A stretch of 64,000 nucleotides of DNA from an uncultured Bacillales bacterium (GCA_946623125.1 CAMOQR010000001.1:2178-66177); one strand, 5' to 3'; shown: positions 20,293 to 30,415, numbered from the stretch's first letter. Made by a program: numbers and translations. Notes: generated by a model from the letters alone, not told the origin.

Positions 20293-20525
20293 TTATAGGA
20301 AAAAATAATTTTATTAATCAAAAAATAAACAGAATACAAACTAACATAAATACAAATAACAATCAAACGAAAGAAATTAATCCAATGAGACATGCCAATG
20401 TCTTGAGTAAAGAAGACATGATGCAAAGATCATTAAACATTTTACAAGATCGACTAAATAAAGGACATATTTCACTAGATGAATTTAATAAAAAATGCCA
20501 AGAGATAAACAAAAAAAATCAATAA
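20289..20525 (+). CDS. Small protein with a C-terminal SHOCT-like motif
   Basis: RLNKGHISLDEFNKKCQEINKK resembles the SHOCT short C-terminal domain; RBS GGAGAAG. Confidence 0.35.
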   Translation: MIIGKNNFINQKINRIQTNINTNNNQTKEINPMRHANVLSKEDMMQRSLNILQDRLNKGHISLDEFNKKCQEINKKNQ

Positions 20526-20561
20526 AGAAAAAACCTCACATATACTATATAGGAGGTTTTT

Positions 20562-20801
20562 ATGTTTAAAGACAGTATTTTTAAAAACATAGAAAATAAA
20601 ACAAATATAAAAAAAGAAACAATTCTATCCCTTGCAGGAAAATTACAAAATAATAATATGAAAGATGAGGCTACAATAAAAGAAATCATTCAAGAACTAA
20701 GTAAATTAACCGGAAAAAAAGTATCAAAAGAAAAAGAAGAAAAAATAATAAAAGCAATTTTAAAAGATGATATTCCAAAAAATATTGAAAAAATGTTTTA
20801 A
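20562..20801 (+). CDS. SpoVIF-like (stage VI sporulation protein F family) small protein
   Basis: FKNIENKT...LAGKLQNNNMKDEATIKEIIQELSKLTGKKVSKEKEEKII resembles the SpoVIF N-terminal signature, from memory; RBS GGAGG. Confidence 0.45.
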   Translation: MFKDSIFKNIENKTNIKKETILSLAGKLQNNNMKDEATIKEIIQELSKLTGKKVSKEKEEKIIKAILKDDIPKNIEKMF

Positions 20802-20861
20802 AAAAGACTATTTATTTAGTCTTTTTTATTGTATAATAATTAATAATAGGGAGTGTAGAAA

Positions 20862-22847
20862 ATGAAAGAAGAATTAAAAAGGGATGTAGAAGAAAGTAAT
20901 TTTCAACAGGATACACTATCTTTTAATGTATATAAAACAACAACAGGTTTTTATATAAGTGAAGATATGTGTGATAAATACAATGTTGGAGATAGAGAAA
21001 ATAAAAAAAACATAAAAAATAAAATTTGTTATAAAGTTACAAAAGGTGAAATTGATTCAATAGAAAGTCAAGCAAAATTTGAAAATATTAATTTGATTCC
21101 TAAATATATAACAATTTTTGATTTGCAACTAATACTATCTTTTACAGTATATATTGACACCAATCATAATAATAAAATGTACATTTCCAATAATCTATGC
21201 GGAAAATATGGAATTAGACCTATTGCAAAAAGAATGATAGAAGGAAACACATATTGTAATATTACAGAAGAAGATTTGGAAAAAATTGAAAATCAAACAA
21301 GAAATGATAAAGTGGTATTAAAAAAGAAATATGTAAAAGTACAGCTAGATGATGAAATGGATGCAAAAGAAAACTTGTTCATTTACTATTATGATATACA
21401 AACAGCAAAATTATATGTACAAAGAAATATCTATGAACTTGCTAGAAATCTAGGAATTGATATAGATGGAGACCCAAAGATTATCGAAGATAAAAACTGT
21501 TACTCATTAACAGATAAACAATTAAATGAAATTGAAGTAAGCTCTCAAAGTCGAGGAGTTGAAAAAATAATTAAACCTCCCCTATTACAAAAAATATCTT
21601 ATGAAGATATTAAACCAGATATACTAATCAAAGATAATAATTCAGAAAAGAAAACAGCAAAAGAAAATAATAATTGGGACATGAATCCAACGGATACAAT
21701 AAAAGTAGAAATTGAAAAACAAATATGCGAAAAAATAGAAAATATGATTCAAGAAAAAAACATCTATATGGAATTTGAAGAAACTCTTGAAAATGCTAAA
21801 GAAAAATTTATAATTCAATTTTTAAAAGGACACAACATAAATATTTGTGAAACAGAAACAGAATTAAATAAAATTAAAAAGAACACTTTAAATAAAATAA
21901 TAGGTGAATCTTTAGAAGAAAATCCATACAATCCAAAAGAAATTAAAGATTGCGATACTTATATCAATAATAATAATTTATTAGAAAAAGCCCAAAATGA
22001 AATAACAAATAAACAAAGAGATTATATTTCAAATTTATTAATGACAAATGATGTTAATACTGAAATCATGAATCAAGAAATCATGAATTATTTGAGGGAA
22101 AGATCAAAGTATTATAAAAAAGAATTATTACATATCATTATAGATAATTCAGAAATAAAAGAACTATTAAATGGAAAAGATTTAAACAATGATATTAATG
22201 ATACAATAATAAATAAACTAAACTTAAAAGAAGAAACTATTATTCAAAAAATAAGTTCAAAATCAATAGAAGATAAAATAATAAGCATTGCAAAATCAGA
22301 CTCAGTAAAAAAAGATGAGATAAATATATTATTAAATACTGAATTATTTAAAAGAAATATATATGATGACTTAGATTATGATGAAGATGATGACTTTATT
22401 GAAGAGGAAGAAGAACAAAATATTAAGCAAGAAAACTTAATAGTATATTTAGATAAAGACACAAACAAATTATATATTCCAAAAGAATATTCAGAAAATC
22501 CATTTAAAGAAACAAAAACAATCATGAAGAAAGATTGTGTAGAAACAACAACAGAAGAACTTAATAAAATTACAAACAAAAATATTGTATTAATAGATGT
22601 TTATTTATCAAAAGATGAAAAATATGATATTATAGTATGTAATGCAAATGGAAAATTATTTGTTTCAAAAAATAATCTTGATCAATTAAATTATAATATT
22701 GATAATCCACATAAAATAATTGTAAATAAAGAATTATATTATGAAATAAGCAAAAGTGATTTAGAAAATATTCGTTCTAAAAGAAATGAAGGAATTCATA
22801 TTAATATTCTTCTAAAACACATTATTCCAGCAAAAAAAGAACAATAA
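20862..22847 (+). CDS. Hypothetical cytoplasmic protein with five copies of an ~85-aa repeat (KLYIS...KYGI...C.ITEEDLEKIEN)
   Basis: Repeats were read directly: FYISEDMCDKYNV, KMYISNNLCGKYGI, KLYVQRNIYELARNLGI, KLYIPKEY and KLFVSKNNL, each followed by a C.(I/V)T.EEL.KI segment. There is no TM or signal peptide. Confidence 0.5.
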   Translation: MKEELKRDVEESNFQQDTLSFNVYKTTTGFYISEDMCDKYNVGDRENKKNIKNKICYKVTKGEIDSIESQAKFENINLIPKYITIFDLQLILSFTVYIDTNHNNKMYISNNLCGKYGIRPIAKRMIEGNTYCNITEEDLEKIENQTRNDKVVLKKKYVKVQLDDEMDAKENLFIYYYDIQTAKLYVQRNIYELARNLGIDIDGDPKIIEDKNCYSLTDKQLNEIEVSSQSRGVEKIIKPPLLQKISYEDIKPDILIKDNNSEKKTAKENNNWDMNPTDTIKVEIEKQICEKIENMIQEKNIYMEFEETLENAKEKFIIQFLKGHNINICETETELNKIKKNTLNKIIGESLEENPYNPKEIKDCDTYINNNNLLEKAQNEITNKQRDYISNLLMTNDVNTEIMNQEIMNYLRERSKYYKKELLHIIIDNSEIKELLNGKDLNNDINDTIINKLNLKEETIIQKISSKSIEDKIISIAKSDSVKKDEINILLNTELFKRNIYDDLDYDEDDDFIEEEEEQNIKQENLIVYLDKDTNKLYIPKEYSENPFKETKTIMKKDCVETTTEELNKITNKNIVLIDVYLSKDEKYDIIVCNANGKLFVSKNNLDQLNYNIDNPHKIIVNKELYYEISKSDLENIRSKRNEGIHINILLKHIIPAKKEQ

Positions 22848-22860
22848 CGTTCTTTTTTTT
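22836..22860 (+). terminator. Weak terminator after the repeat-protein gene
   Basis: AGAAC-AATAAC-GTTCT followed by T8. Confidence 0.4.
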
Positions 22861-22894
22861 ATGGGAATACATATACTTAAATGAAATAAGGAGA

Positions 22895-24376
22895 ATGGAT
22901 ATGAATAAAAAGGAAATTATTAAAAACATTGCAAAAAGAAGTGGAGGAGATATTTATCTAGGGGTTGTAGGTGCAGTCCGTACAGGAAAATCCACCTTCA
23001 TAAAAAGAATGGTAGAGACATTAATCATACCAAATATGGAGGATGAATATGAAAAGAAAAGAACATTAGATGAAATACCACAAAGCGCTGCTGGTAAGAT
23101 GATTATGACAACAGAACCAAAATTTGTTCCAAATAACACAGCTAAAATTAAAATTGATGATATAACTTGTCAGGTAAAACTTATTGATTGTGTAGGATAT
23201 ATGATTGAAAACGCACAGGGCGCAACAGATGAGAATGGCCCAAGAATGGTTAAAACGCCATGGTATACCGAGGAAATACCATTTACAGAAGCAGCCGAAA
23301 TTGGAACGGAAAAAGTAATTAAAGAACACTCAACAATAGGAATTGTTATTACGACAGATGGATCAATTGGAGAATTTGAAAGAAAAGATTATATAGATGC
23401 AGAAAAAAGAGTAATAGAAGAATTACAAACCATGTCAAAACCATTTATTGTAATTGTAAATAGTACTCATCCAAATACACCAGATACAGAAAATATCGTA
23501 AAAGACTTAAAAGAAAAGTATAATATACCAGTCATTGGACTAAATATTGAATCTATGACAGAAAAAGATATGTATAACCTATTAAGAGAAGCACTATATG
23601 AATTTCCAGTATTAGAAGTTAGGGTAAATATGCCAGAATGGATAGCGATATTAAATCCTGATCATAAAATTAAAAAATCATATATAGAAGCAATGAAAGA
23701 AAGTGTAATAGAAATTGATAAAATTAAAGATGTAGAAAAAATAACAGAGTCATTTCAAAAATCAGAATATATCGAAAAATGCTACCTATCAGATATTGAT
23801 ACATCAACTGGAATTATAACAATCAATGTAACAGCACCAAATAAACTATACAGTGAAACATTAAAAGAATTGGTAAACACAGAAATAAACACAAAAGCAG
23901 ACCTTTTAGCATTATTTCAAGAATATAATGTAGCAAAAAAAGAATATGATCAAATAAAATATGCATTAAACATGGTAAAACAAACAGGATACGGTATCGC
24001 AACACCATCCATTGAAGATATGAAATTAGACAAACCAGAAATTATAAAACAAGGAACAAGATATGGAGTAAAATTAAAAGCAGTAGCACCATCAATTCAT
24101 ATGATCCGAGTAGACGTAGAATCAACATTTGAACCAATCATAGGAAGTGAAGTTCAAAGTAAAGAATTAATTGACTATATTATGAAAGATCATGAAGAAA
24201 GTCCTAATGAAATATGGAAAAGTGAAATATTTGGTAGAAGCCTAGACTCTATCGTACAAGAAGGAATTCAATCAAAAATAAATCTTATGCCAGAAAACAT
24301 AAGATTTAAACTACAAAACACATTAACGAAAGTTGTAAATAAAGGAAGTAATAATGTCATTACAATTGTAATATAA
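22895..24376 (+). CDS. spoIVA: Stage IV sporulation protein A (spore-coat morphogenetic ATPase)
   Basis: GGDIYLGVVGAVRTGKSTFIK...DEIPQSAAGKMIMTTEPKFVPN is near-identical to the B. subtilis SpoIVA N-terminus. Confidence 0.9.
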   Translation: MDMNKKEIIKNIAKRSGGDIYLGVVGAVRTGKSTFIKRMVETLIIPNMEDEYEKKRTLDEIPQSAAGKMIMTTEPKFVPNNTAKIKIDDITCQVKLIDCVGYMIENAQGATDENGPRMVKTPWYTEEIPFTEAAEIGTEKVIKEHSTIGIVITTDGSIGEFERKDYIDAEKRVIEELQTMSKPFIVIVNSTHPNTPDTENIVKDLKEKYNIPVIGLNIESMTEKDMYNLLREALYEFPVLEVRVNMPEWIAILNPDHKIKKSYIEAMKESVIEIDKIKDVEKITESFQKSEYIEKCYLSDIDTSTGIITINVTAPNKLYSETLKELVNTEINTKADLLALFQEYNVAKKEYDQIKYALNMVKQTGYGIATPSIEDMKLDKPEIIKQGTRYGVKLKAVAPSIHMIRVDVESTFEPIIGSEVQSKELIDYIMKDHEESPNEIWKSEIFGRSLDSIVQEGIQSKINLMPENIRFKLQNTLTKVVNKGSNNVITIVI

Positions 24377-24400
24377 AAAAAGACCTAGTCTTTTTTTAAT
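24372..24400. terminator. Bidirectional terminator between spoIVA and the downstream minus-strand gene
   Basis: AAAAGAC-CTA-GTCTTTTT. Confidence 0.45.
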
Positions 24401-25109
24401 TTGATATTTTTCCAATTAATCCAACATAATAATCATATAAATCTTGATTAGAAAAACGAATTTCACCATTTTCTAAAGACCAAGAATCTTGATATAATAT
24501 CAAAAAATTTAAAACATCTAAACAAGTATCATATATAGTATTCATTTTTTCTTTACTATCAGACAATATCTTTCTAGTCTCTTTTAAATCATCCATCATA
24601 TCATCTTCTAACATCAGTTGAACATATAAAGAGCGATAATAGGAACTAGATGTTCTATTATTAATATAAGAACGAATACTATCCTCTTCTAAATTTTCTA
24701 GTAAGAAATCAATACGATTATTATATTCAGCTTTTGTATCATTCAAATAAGTAATAGACTCTTTAAAATTAGGTCCATCCGTTTCATAATTCTGATAAGA
24801 TAAAATTTGTTTCAACTTTTCAGAAGAAGAAATATTTGAAACCTCCTGTATGCCTAAAGCATAACTATCTAAATATTCTTTAATAGCAACCTCAACAATA
24901 CGATAACCTCCAGATGTTTTAATTTCTCGATTATAACGATCCTTTGTTACATCTAATTTTTGAAGAGCAGAAACCTCGTCTTTTAGCATTTTTAAAGAAT
25001 AAGCATCACGAATCACAAAAAAAGTAATAAGAACAAATGCACATACCAGTATACCACAGAAAATATGAAAAAATTTTCTTTGTTTTTTATCCTTCATAAC
25101 ATCACCCAT
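24396..25109 (-). CDS. Hypothetical N-terminally anchored membrane protein
   Basis: TM helix FFHIFCGILVCAFVLITFFVI followed by a soluble domain; overlaps the engB stop by 8 nt. Confidence 0.45.
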   Translation of the reverse strand: MGDVMKDKKQRKFFHIFCGILVCAFVLITFFVIRDAYSLKMLKDEVSALQKLDVTKDRYNREIKTSGGYRIVEVAIKEYLDSYALGIQEVSNISSSEKLKQILSYQNYETDGPNFKESITYLNDTKAEYNNRIDFLLENLEEDSIRSYINNRTSSSYYRSLYVQLMLEDDMMDDLKETRKILSDSKEKMNTIYDTCLDVLNFLILYQDSWSLENGEIRFSNQDLYDYYVGLIGKISN

Positions 25110-25689
25110 GAATTACTTTATCAATTTTCATTAAAACCTCTTTAACACCTAATTTTGTAACACTAGAAAAAACAACCAAGTCATCACCTATTACCAAATC
25201 TAATGATTTTAAAATATCTTTTAAATTTTTTTCCTTCTTACTACCCCCTACTTTATCCGCCTTTGTAGCAATAACAGTAACAGGTAAATTATAATACTTC
25301 AAAAAATTATACATAATCAAATCATCTTCTGTTGGAGGATGACGAAAATCTATTAACATAAAGACACGCTTTAACTGTTCTCTCTTTTCAAGATATTCTT
25401 CAATCATTAAACCAAATTTAGTTTGCGTCTTTTTATCAACACTAGCATATCCATAACCAGGAACATCTATTAAATAAAAAGCATCATTTACATTATAAAA
25501 ATTTAAAGTTTGCGTTTTACCAGGTTTAGAAGAAATATAAGCAAGATTATTTCTAGATAAAATTGAATTAATAAAACTACTCTTTCCAACATTACTTCTT
25601 CCAACTAATAAAAATTCAGGTTTTCCAGAATCAGGAAACTGACTTCTTCTTGTAGCAATAATATCTAAACTAGCATCTTTAATAACCAT
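25102..25689 (-). CDS. engB: Ribosome-biogenesis GTPase EngB/YsxC
   Basis: GRSNVGKSS, DVPGYG, TKADK. Confidence 0.9.
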   Translation of the reverse strand: MVIKDASLDIIATRRSQFPDSGKPEFLLVGRSNVGKSSFINSILSRNNLAYISSKPGKTQTLNFYNVNDAFYLIDVPGYGYASVDKKTQTKFGLMIEEYLEKREQLKRVFMLIDFRHPPTEDDLIMYNFLKYYNLPVTVIATKADKVGGSKKEKNLKDILKSLDLVIGDDLVVFSSVTKLGVKEVLMKIDKVIHG

Positions 25690-25702
25690 TTAAATCACCT
25701 TT

Positions 25703-26644
25703 TCATTTTATAAAATAATTTTTTAATTCTAAATCTAAATCTCTCATAATAAGCATAGCCTCATCTAAAGTCTTTACCTTTACACCAGAAGCAAAACGAT
25801 GTCCTCCCCCATGATGTTTTTCAGCAATGCGATTAATCTCAGGTCCACGAGAACGAATTGATACACGATATTGATCATTCTTACGATCCTCTGTAATAGT
25901 TGCCCAAACATATACCTCACGAATATAATTAAAATTATTAATCATATTCCCAGCCGATGCAGAATCAACATTATATTCATTAATAATATCATCACTAATA
26001 ACAACATAACCAAGACAATTTTCAGTTACAACCATATTTAAAGCAATATATCCCTCTAATCGTACTTCATTCAAAGGCCTAATATATAGCTTTTCATAAA
26101 CACTTGCTAAATCAATAGAATAATCCTTCAGTAATCTAGAAACCATACCAAAAGTATTAGATGTACAACTATTAAATAAAAAACGATTAGAATCTGAAAC
26201 AAGACCCATATATAACAATTCAGCTATAGAATCATTACACTTTAATTCAGTTTGATATAAAAGATTCATAATGATCTCACATGCAGATGATTTATCATCT
26301 TCTATTAACTCTAAATCACAAAACTTTTCAAGAAAAGGATGATGATCAATTTTAATAGAATAAGCTCCTTGAGAAAAATCCAGACTATCTACTCGTTTTT
26401 GATCAGGAGTATCAGTAATAATAAGTAAAGCATCCTGTACTTTTTCTAATTTATCTAATTTACCAATTGATAGAAATCGACTACTTCCAGTACCAATAGC
26501 CAAAACCTTTTTATTAGGATACGTTAAACGAATAGAATCCCTTAAGGCTAATTGACTACATAAAGCATCTGGATCAACACCAATATGTCTTGCAATCAAA
26601 ATCGTATCATATTCTTTAATTTTTTCAACAATTTTATTATACAT
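25703..26644 (-). CDS. nrnA: DHH/DHHA1 phosphoesterase (NrnA-like nanoRNase/pAp phosphatase)
   Basis: DHH motif (IDHH), C-terminal GGGH motif, about 310 aa. Confidence 0.75.
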   Translation of the reverse strand: MYNKIVEKIKEYDTILIARHIGVDPDALCSQLALRDSIRLTYPNKKVLAIGTGSSRFLSIGKLDKLEKVQDALLIITDTPDQKRVDSLDFSQGAYSIKIDHHPFLEKFCDLELIEDDKSSACEIIMNLLYQTELKCNDSIAELLYMGLVSDSNRFLFNSCTSNTFGMVSRLLKDYSIDLASVYEKLYIRPLNEVRLEGYIALNMVVTENCLGYVVISDDIINEYNVDSASAGNMINNFNYIREVYVWATITEDRKNDQYRVSIRSRGPEINRIAEKHHGGGHRFASGVKVKTLDEAMLIMRDLDLELKNYFIK

Positions 26645-26654
26645 AGAACATTTC

Positions 26655-27860
26655 CTATCTATTATTCATTATTAACTTTAAAGTATCTCTAGCAATCATT
26701 AACTCTTCATTCGTAGGAATTACATATACAGGAATCTTAGAATCATCACTACTAATACGAACGATTTCTCCACAGATTTGATTCTTTTCCTCATCTAATT
26801 TAACCCCTAGAGGAGAAAGCTTCTCACAAATTTCTTTACGAATTGGAACATTATTTTCTCCAACGCCTGCCGTTAAAGCAATAACATCACATCCATCTAA
26901 TAAAACATAATATTGTGAGATATAATCTACAATTCTTCGAACATACTTATTTTTTGCACGTATTGCTTTCTCATTACCTTCCTCGCATAAAGAAACAATA
27001 TCACGCATATCATTACTATATTCACTCATACCAAGTAATCCACTATGGTTATTTAAATCATCAATTACTTCTCCTGCATTTTTACCCTCTTTTTCCATTA
27101 CATAAGGAATAATAGATGGATCAACATCACCAGAACGAGTTCCCATCATAATTCCAGCAAGAGGAGTAAATCCCATACTAGTATCAACACATTTCATATC
27201 AGAAATAGCCGCAATAGACCCACCATTTCCAATATGACAACTAATAAGCCTAAAATCATCACGACCTAGGATAGATTTAACAGTATCTGTAATATAACGA
27301 TGACTTGTACCATGTGCACCATACTTTCTAACACCATATTCCTCATACCAACGAAGTGGAACAGGATATAAATATGTCTCCTCATTCATAGTTTGATGAA
27401 AAGCAGTATCAAAAACAGCCACCATAGCAGCATCTGGTAAAACCTCACGAAATGCTTTAATTCCTAATAAATGAGCAGGATTATGTAAAGGAGCAAAATC
27501 CCTAAATGACTCAATATCAGATATTACCTGATTAGTAATAAAAACAGATTCAGAATATTTGCTTCCCCCATGAACAATACGATGACCAACACCTTTAATA
27601 TCATTAATAGAATGAATAATTTCTAAATCAACCAACTTATCTAACAAAATAGAAACAGCATCAGTATGAGTAGATAATTCAAGATTTTGAGTTATCTTTT
27701 GTCCATTAAATTTAATTGTATAACAACTACCATCAGTACCAATTCTTTCAAAATTACCACTAGCAATAACAGTCTCATTATTCATTTCAAATAAACAAAA
27801 CTTTAAAGAACTACTTCCAGCATTAATTGAAATAATTTTCATAAGACTCCCTCTTTCCAT
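26655..27860 (-). CDS. ackA: Acetate kinase (paralog 1)
   Basis: INAGSSSLKF, VGHRIVHGG and the acetate/propionate kinase fold. The likely start is the second ATG at 27840-27842 (MKIISIN), with GGGAG upstream. Confidence 0.9.
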   Translation of the reverse strand: MERGSLMKIISINAGSSSLKFCLFEMNNETVIASGNFERIGTDGSCYTIKFNGQKITQNLELSTHTDAVSILLDKLVDLEIIHSINDIKGVGHRIVHGGSKYSESVFITNQVISDIESFRDFAPLHNPAHLLGIKAFREVLPDAAMVAVFDTAFHQTMNEETYLYPVPLRWYEEYGVRKYGAHGTSHRYITDTVKSILGRDDFRLISCHIGNGGSIAAISDMKCVDTSMGFTPLAGIMMGTRSGDVDPSIIPYVMEKEGKNAGEVIDDLNNHSGLLGMSEYSNDMRDIVSLCEEGNEKAIRAKNKYVRRIVDYISQYYVLLDGCDVIALTAGVGENNVPIRKEICEKLSPLGVKLDEEKNQICGEIVRISSDDSKIPVYVIPTNEELMIARDTLKLIMNNR

Positions 27861-27918
27861 AAATATATTAATATTATACTATAAACTAGTAAATAATAAA
27901 AGATATGTTTTTTCCCCA

Positions 27919-27952
27919 AAAAATAACATCTCACTTTCTTGAGATGTTATTT
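27919..27952 (-). terminator. Terminator after the PrsW-like gene
   Basis: AATAACATCTC-loop-GAGATGTTATT. Confidence 0.5.
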
Positions 27953-28003
27953 TATTACAATATCTTATTTTTTAAAGGGACCAAAATGGGGGTTTCTTCA
28001 TAA

Positions 28004-28828
28004 TTATCTTATTTTTTTTCCACAACTAGAACAATATATATCATGATCAACACGATTTCCACAAACAGGACAAAAACTAATTTCACTAGAAGGAATATCT
28101 TTATTAGTTTGTTTTAAAGAATTAGTAGTAATTTGTAATTGCAATTTTGAAATAACATGAACAATAATAAAACACATAAAAAGCATAACAACATAAAAGA
28201 AGAAAAATAAATATAAAACGGAAGGTATTTCAGTAGCAATATAATAAAAAATTAAAGAATCATACATTGTATGAAACAATACTGGAAAAAGAAAACTAAA
28301 AATAGAAAATCTTACATATAAAGAATGATGACGATTAAAACTTGCAACCTTTGCTTTAGCCAAAAAACTACCCATAATAACAGCAAAACACATATGTCCT
28401 GGAACAGATAAAAATGCACGTAGTGCAACTACATTAAATCCATTTTGAAAAACATAAGCAATATTTTCTACACAAGCAAATCCTAAAGATGTAAAAACAG
28501 AATACACAACAATATCATAAACCTCATTAAATTCACGACTATTATAACCCAGAAAACGTGTAATTAACCATTTAAATCCCTCTTCTAATATCGCAACATT
28601 CATAAGAGTACATAAAAAAATAATAAGAAAATTTTGAATTCCATCTGTTGGAAACAATAGTTCAAAACATATCTCTAAAACTAAAACAGGAATAAAACTC
28701 AAAAAACCAAATAAAAACATCTTTAATAATAAAGAAAAAGGTTCTTTATGTTTATCTTTAAAATAAATAAAAAAACACAATACAATAACAGGTAAAATGG
28801 CCGAAATAAATAAACCAAAAAAGTACAT
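28004..28828 (-). CDS. PrsW-family intramembrane protease with a C-terminal zinc ribbon
   Basis: PrsW motifs EEGFKW (EExxK), FSVPGH (FxxxH) and HTMYD (HxxxD), multiple TM helices, and C-terminal CPVCG...CSSCG. Confidence 0.65.
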   Translation of the reverse strand: MYFFGLFISAILPVIVLCFFIYFKDKHKEPFSLLLKMFLFGFLSFIPVLVLEICFELLFPTDGIQNFLIIFLCTLMNVAILEEGFKWLITRFLGYNSREFNEVYDIVVYSVFTSLGFACVENIAYVFQNGFNVVALRAFLSVPGHMCFAVIMGSFLAKAKVASFNRHHSLYVRFSIFSFLFPVLFHTMYDSLIFYYIATEIPSVLYLFFFFYVVMLFMCFIIVHVISKLQLQITTNSLKQTNKDIPSSEISFCPVCGNRVDHDIYCSSCGKKIR

Positions 28829-28858
28829 ATTATCACCTATTATTATTATAAAAGAAAA

Positions 28859-28887
28859 AAGACATTTAAGAAAATCTTAAATGTCTT
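28859..28887 (-). terminator. Terminator after acetate kinase paralog 2
   Basis: AAGACATTTAAG-AAAAT-CTTAAATGTCTT with a T-run on the minus strand. Confidence 0.5.
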
Positions 28888-28896
28888 AGTTTACAA

Positions 28897-30099
28897 TTAT
28901 TTGCATAATTTATATGTATCTTTAATAATCATCAATTCTTCATTTGTAGGAACAACCCAAACATCTACTTTAGAATCCTTTGTACTAATAATTCCTTCAT
29001 GTTTATCCTTAAATCCAGCAATTAAACTATTTTCCTCATCATTTAATTGAATTCCAAGAGGAGCCAATTTAGAAATAATATCAGCACGTGCTTCAATTCC
29101 ATTTTCACCAACACCAGCAGTGAATACAATAGCATCAACATCTCCACCTAGTTCAATATAATAATCAGCAATATATTTAGCAACACGATCATTATACATT
29201 GTTAAAGCAAGTTGTGCTCTTTCATCACCTTTACTAGCTGCCTCTTCAACATCTCTTGAATCACTAAATCCAGAAATACCCAATAGACCACTCTTCTTAT
29301 TCAATTCATTTGTAACATCACCAATACTCATATCAGATTCTTTACAAACGTATTCTAAAATAGAAGGATCAATAGAACCACTACGAGTACCCATCATTAA
29401 TCCATCAAGAGGAGTAAGACCCATAGTAGTATCATAACAAACACCATCTTTAATAGCACTAATACTTGCACCACTACCAACATGACAAATAATTAAATTA
29501 ACATCTTCCTTATGAAGTTTTTCCTTCATAACCATTGTAATATACTTATGACTAGTACCATGGAAACCATATTTACGAACTCCATATTTTAAATACCACT
29601 CATATGGTACTGGATACATATAATTCTTCTTAGGCATTGTTTGATGAAAAGCAGTATCATAAACTGCAACCATAGGAACATCAGGTAAAACCTCTTTTAA
29701 GGCTTTAATTCCTGCTAAATTACCAGGATGATGCAATGTTGCAAACTTAGTCATATCAACAATATCTTGAATAACTTCATCAGTAATAATAACAGAATCC
29801 TTATACTTTTCAGCACCATGAACAACTCTATGTCCAACACCTTTAATTTCATCTAAAGATTTAACAGCCTTATGTTCAACAAGCTCATTTAATAATACTT
29901 GAACAGCATCATTATGATCTTTTAAATATTTTGAACCTTTAATCTTTTCACCATTAATCTTAGTTGTCCAAAAACTATCCTCAAGCCCAATCTTTTCAAT
30001 ATAACCACTTATGATTACTTTTTCTTCTGGCATTTCAAATAATTGATATTTTAAAGAACTACTTCCAGCATTAACACACAAGTATTTCAATTTCAACAT
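28897..30099 (-). CDS. Acetate/propionate kinase (paralog 2)
   Basis: VNAGSSSLKYQ, VGHRVVHGA; 400 aa, about 50% identical by eye to paralog 1. Confidence 0.85.
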   Translation of the reverse strand: MLKLKYLCVNAGSSSLKYQLFEMPEEKVIISGYIEKIGLEDSFWTTKINGEKIKGSKYLKDHNDAVQVLLNELVEHKAVKSLDEIKGVGHRVVHGAEKYKDSVIITDEVIQDIVDMTKFATLHHPGNLAGIKALKEVLPDVPMVAVYDTAFHQTMPKKNYMYPVPYEWYLKYGVRKYGFHGTSHKYITMVMKEKLHKEDVNLIICHVGSGASISAIKDGVCYDTTMGLTPLDGLMMGTRSGSIDPSILEYVCKESDMSIGDVTNELNKKSGLLGISGFSDSRDVEEAASKGDERAQLALTMYNDRVAKYIADYYIELGGDVDAIVFTAGVGENGIEARADIISKLAPLGIQLNDEENSLIAGFKDKHEGIISTKDSKVDVWVVPTNEELMIIKDTYKLCK

Positions 30100-30152
30100 C
30101 TCCTTTTCATAACAATGTTAAAGTACCAAAGAAAAAATAAAAAGTCAATAAA

Positions 30153-30178
30153 AAAGAATGGAAAAATCCATTCTCTTA
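30153..30178 (-). terminator. Terminator after the SASP gene
   Basis: AGAATGGA-AAAA-TCCATTCT. Confidence 0.5.
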
Positions 30179-30181
30179 TAT

Positions 30182-30415
30182 TTATTTACTTTTTTTAGTT
30201 GTACGACTTCTTTTATTTTTATTCTTACCCTTTTCAACTAATCTTTTTGTCATTTCACCACCGACAATACCATTGTCACGACTAGAAGCATTAGCACCTA
30301 AGTTAACACCAAATTCATTAGCAATTTCAAATTTCATATTTTCAACAGTTTGCTTAGAATTATTAGTTGTAACTTTTCTAGAAGAATTTTTTTTCTTTCT
30401 TGGCATATTATTCAC
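30182..30415 (-). CDS. Small acid-soluble spore protein, alpha/beta type
   Basis: KFEIANEFGVNLGANASSRDNGIVGGEMTKRLV is the alpha/beta SASP signature, with unusual Lys/Arg-rich N- and C-terminal extensions. RBS GGAGGTGA. Confidence 0.8.
   Translation of the reverse strand: MNNMPRKKKNSSRKVTTNNSKQTVENMKFEIANEFGVNLGANASSRDNGIVGGEMTKRLVEKGKNKNKRSRTTKKSK

Noticed and set aside
22848-22894. A sigma-E promoter for spoIVA (CATATACT at 22870-22877).
   Set aside because: The -10-like element is present, but no acceptable ATATT -35 lies at the correct spacing. It is too uncertain to list as a feature.
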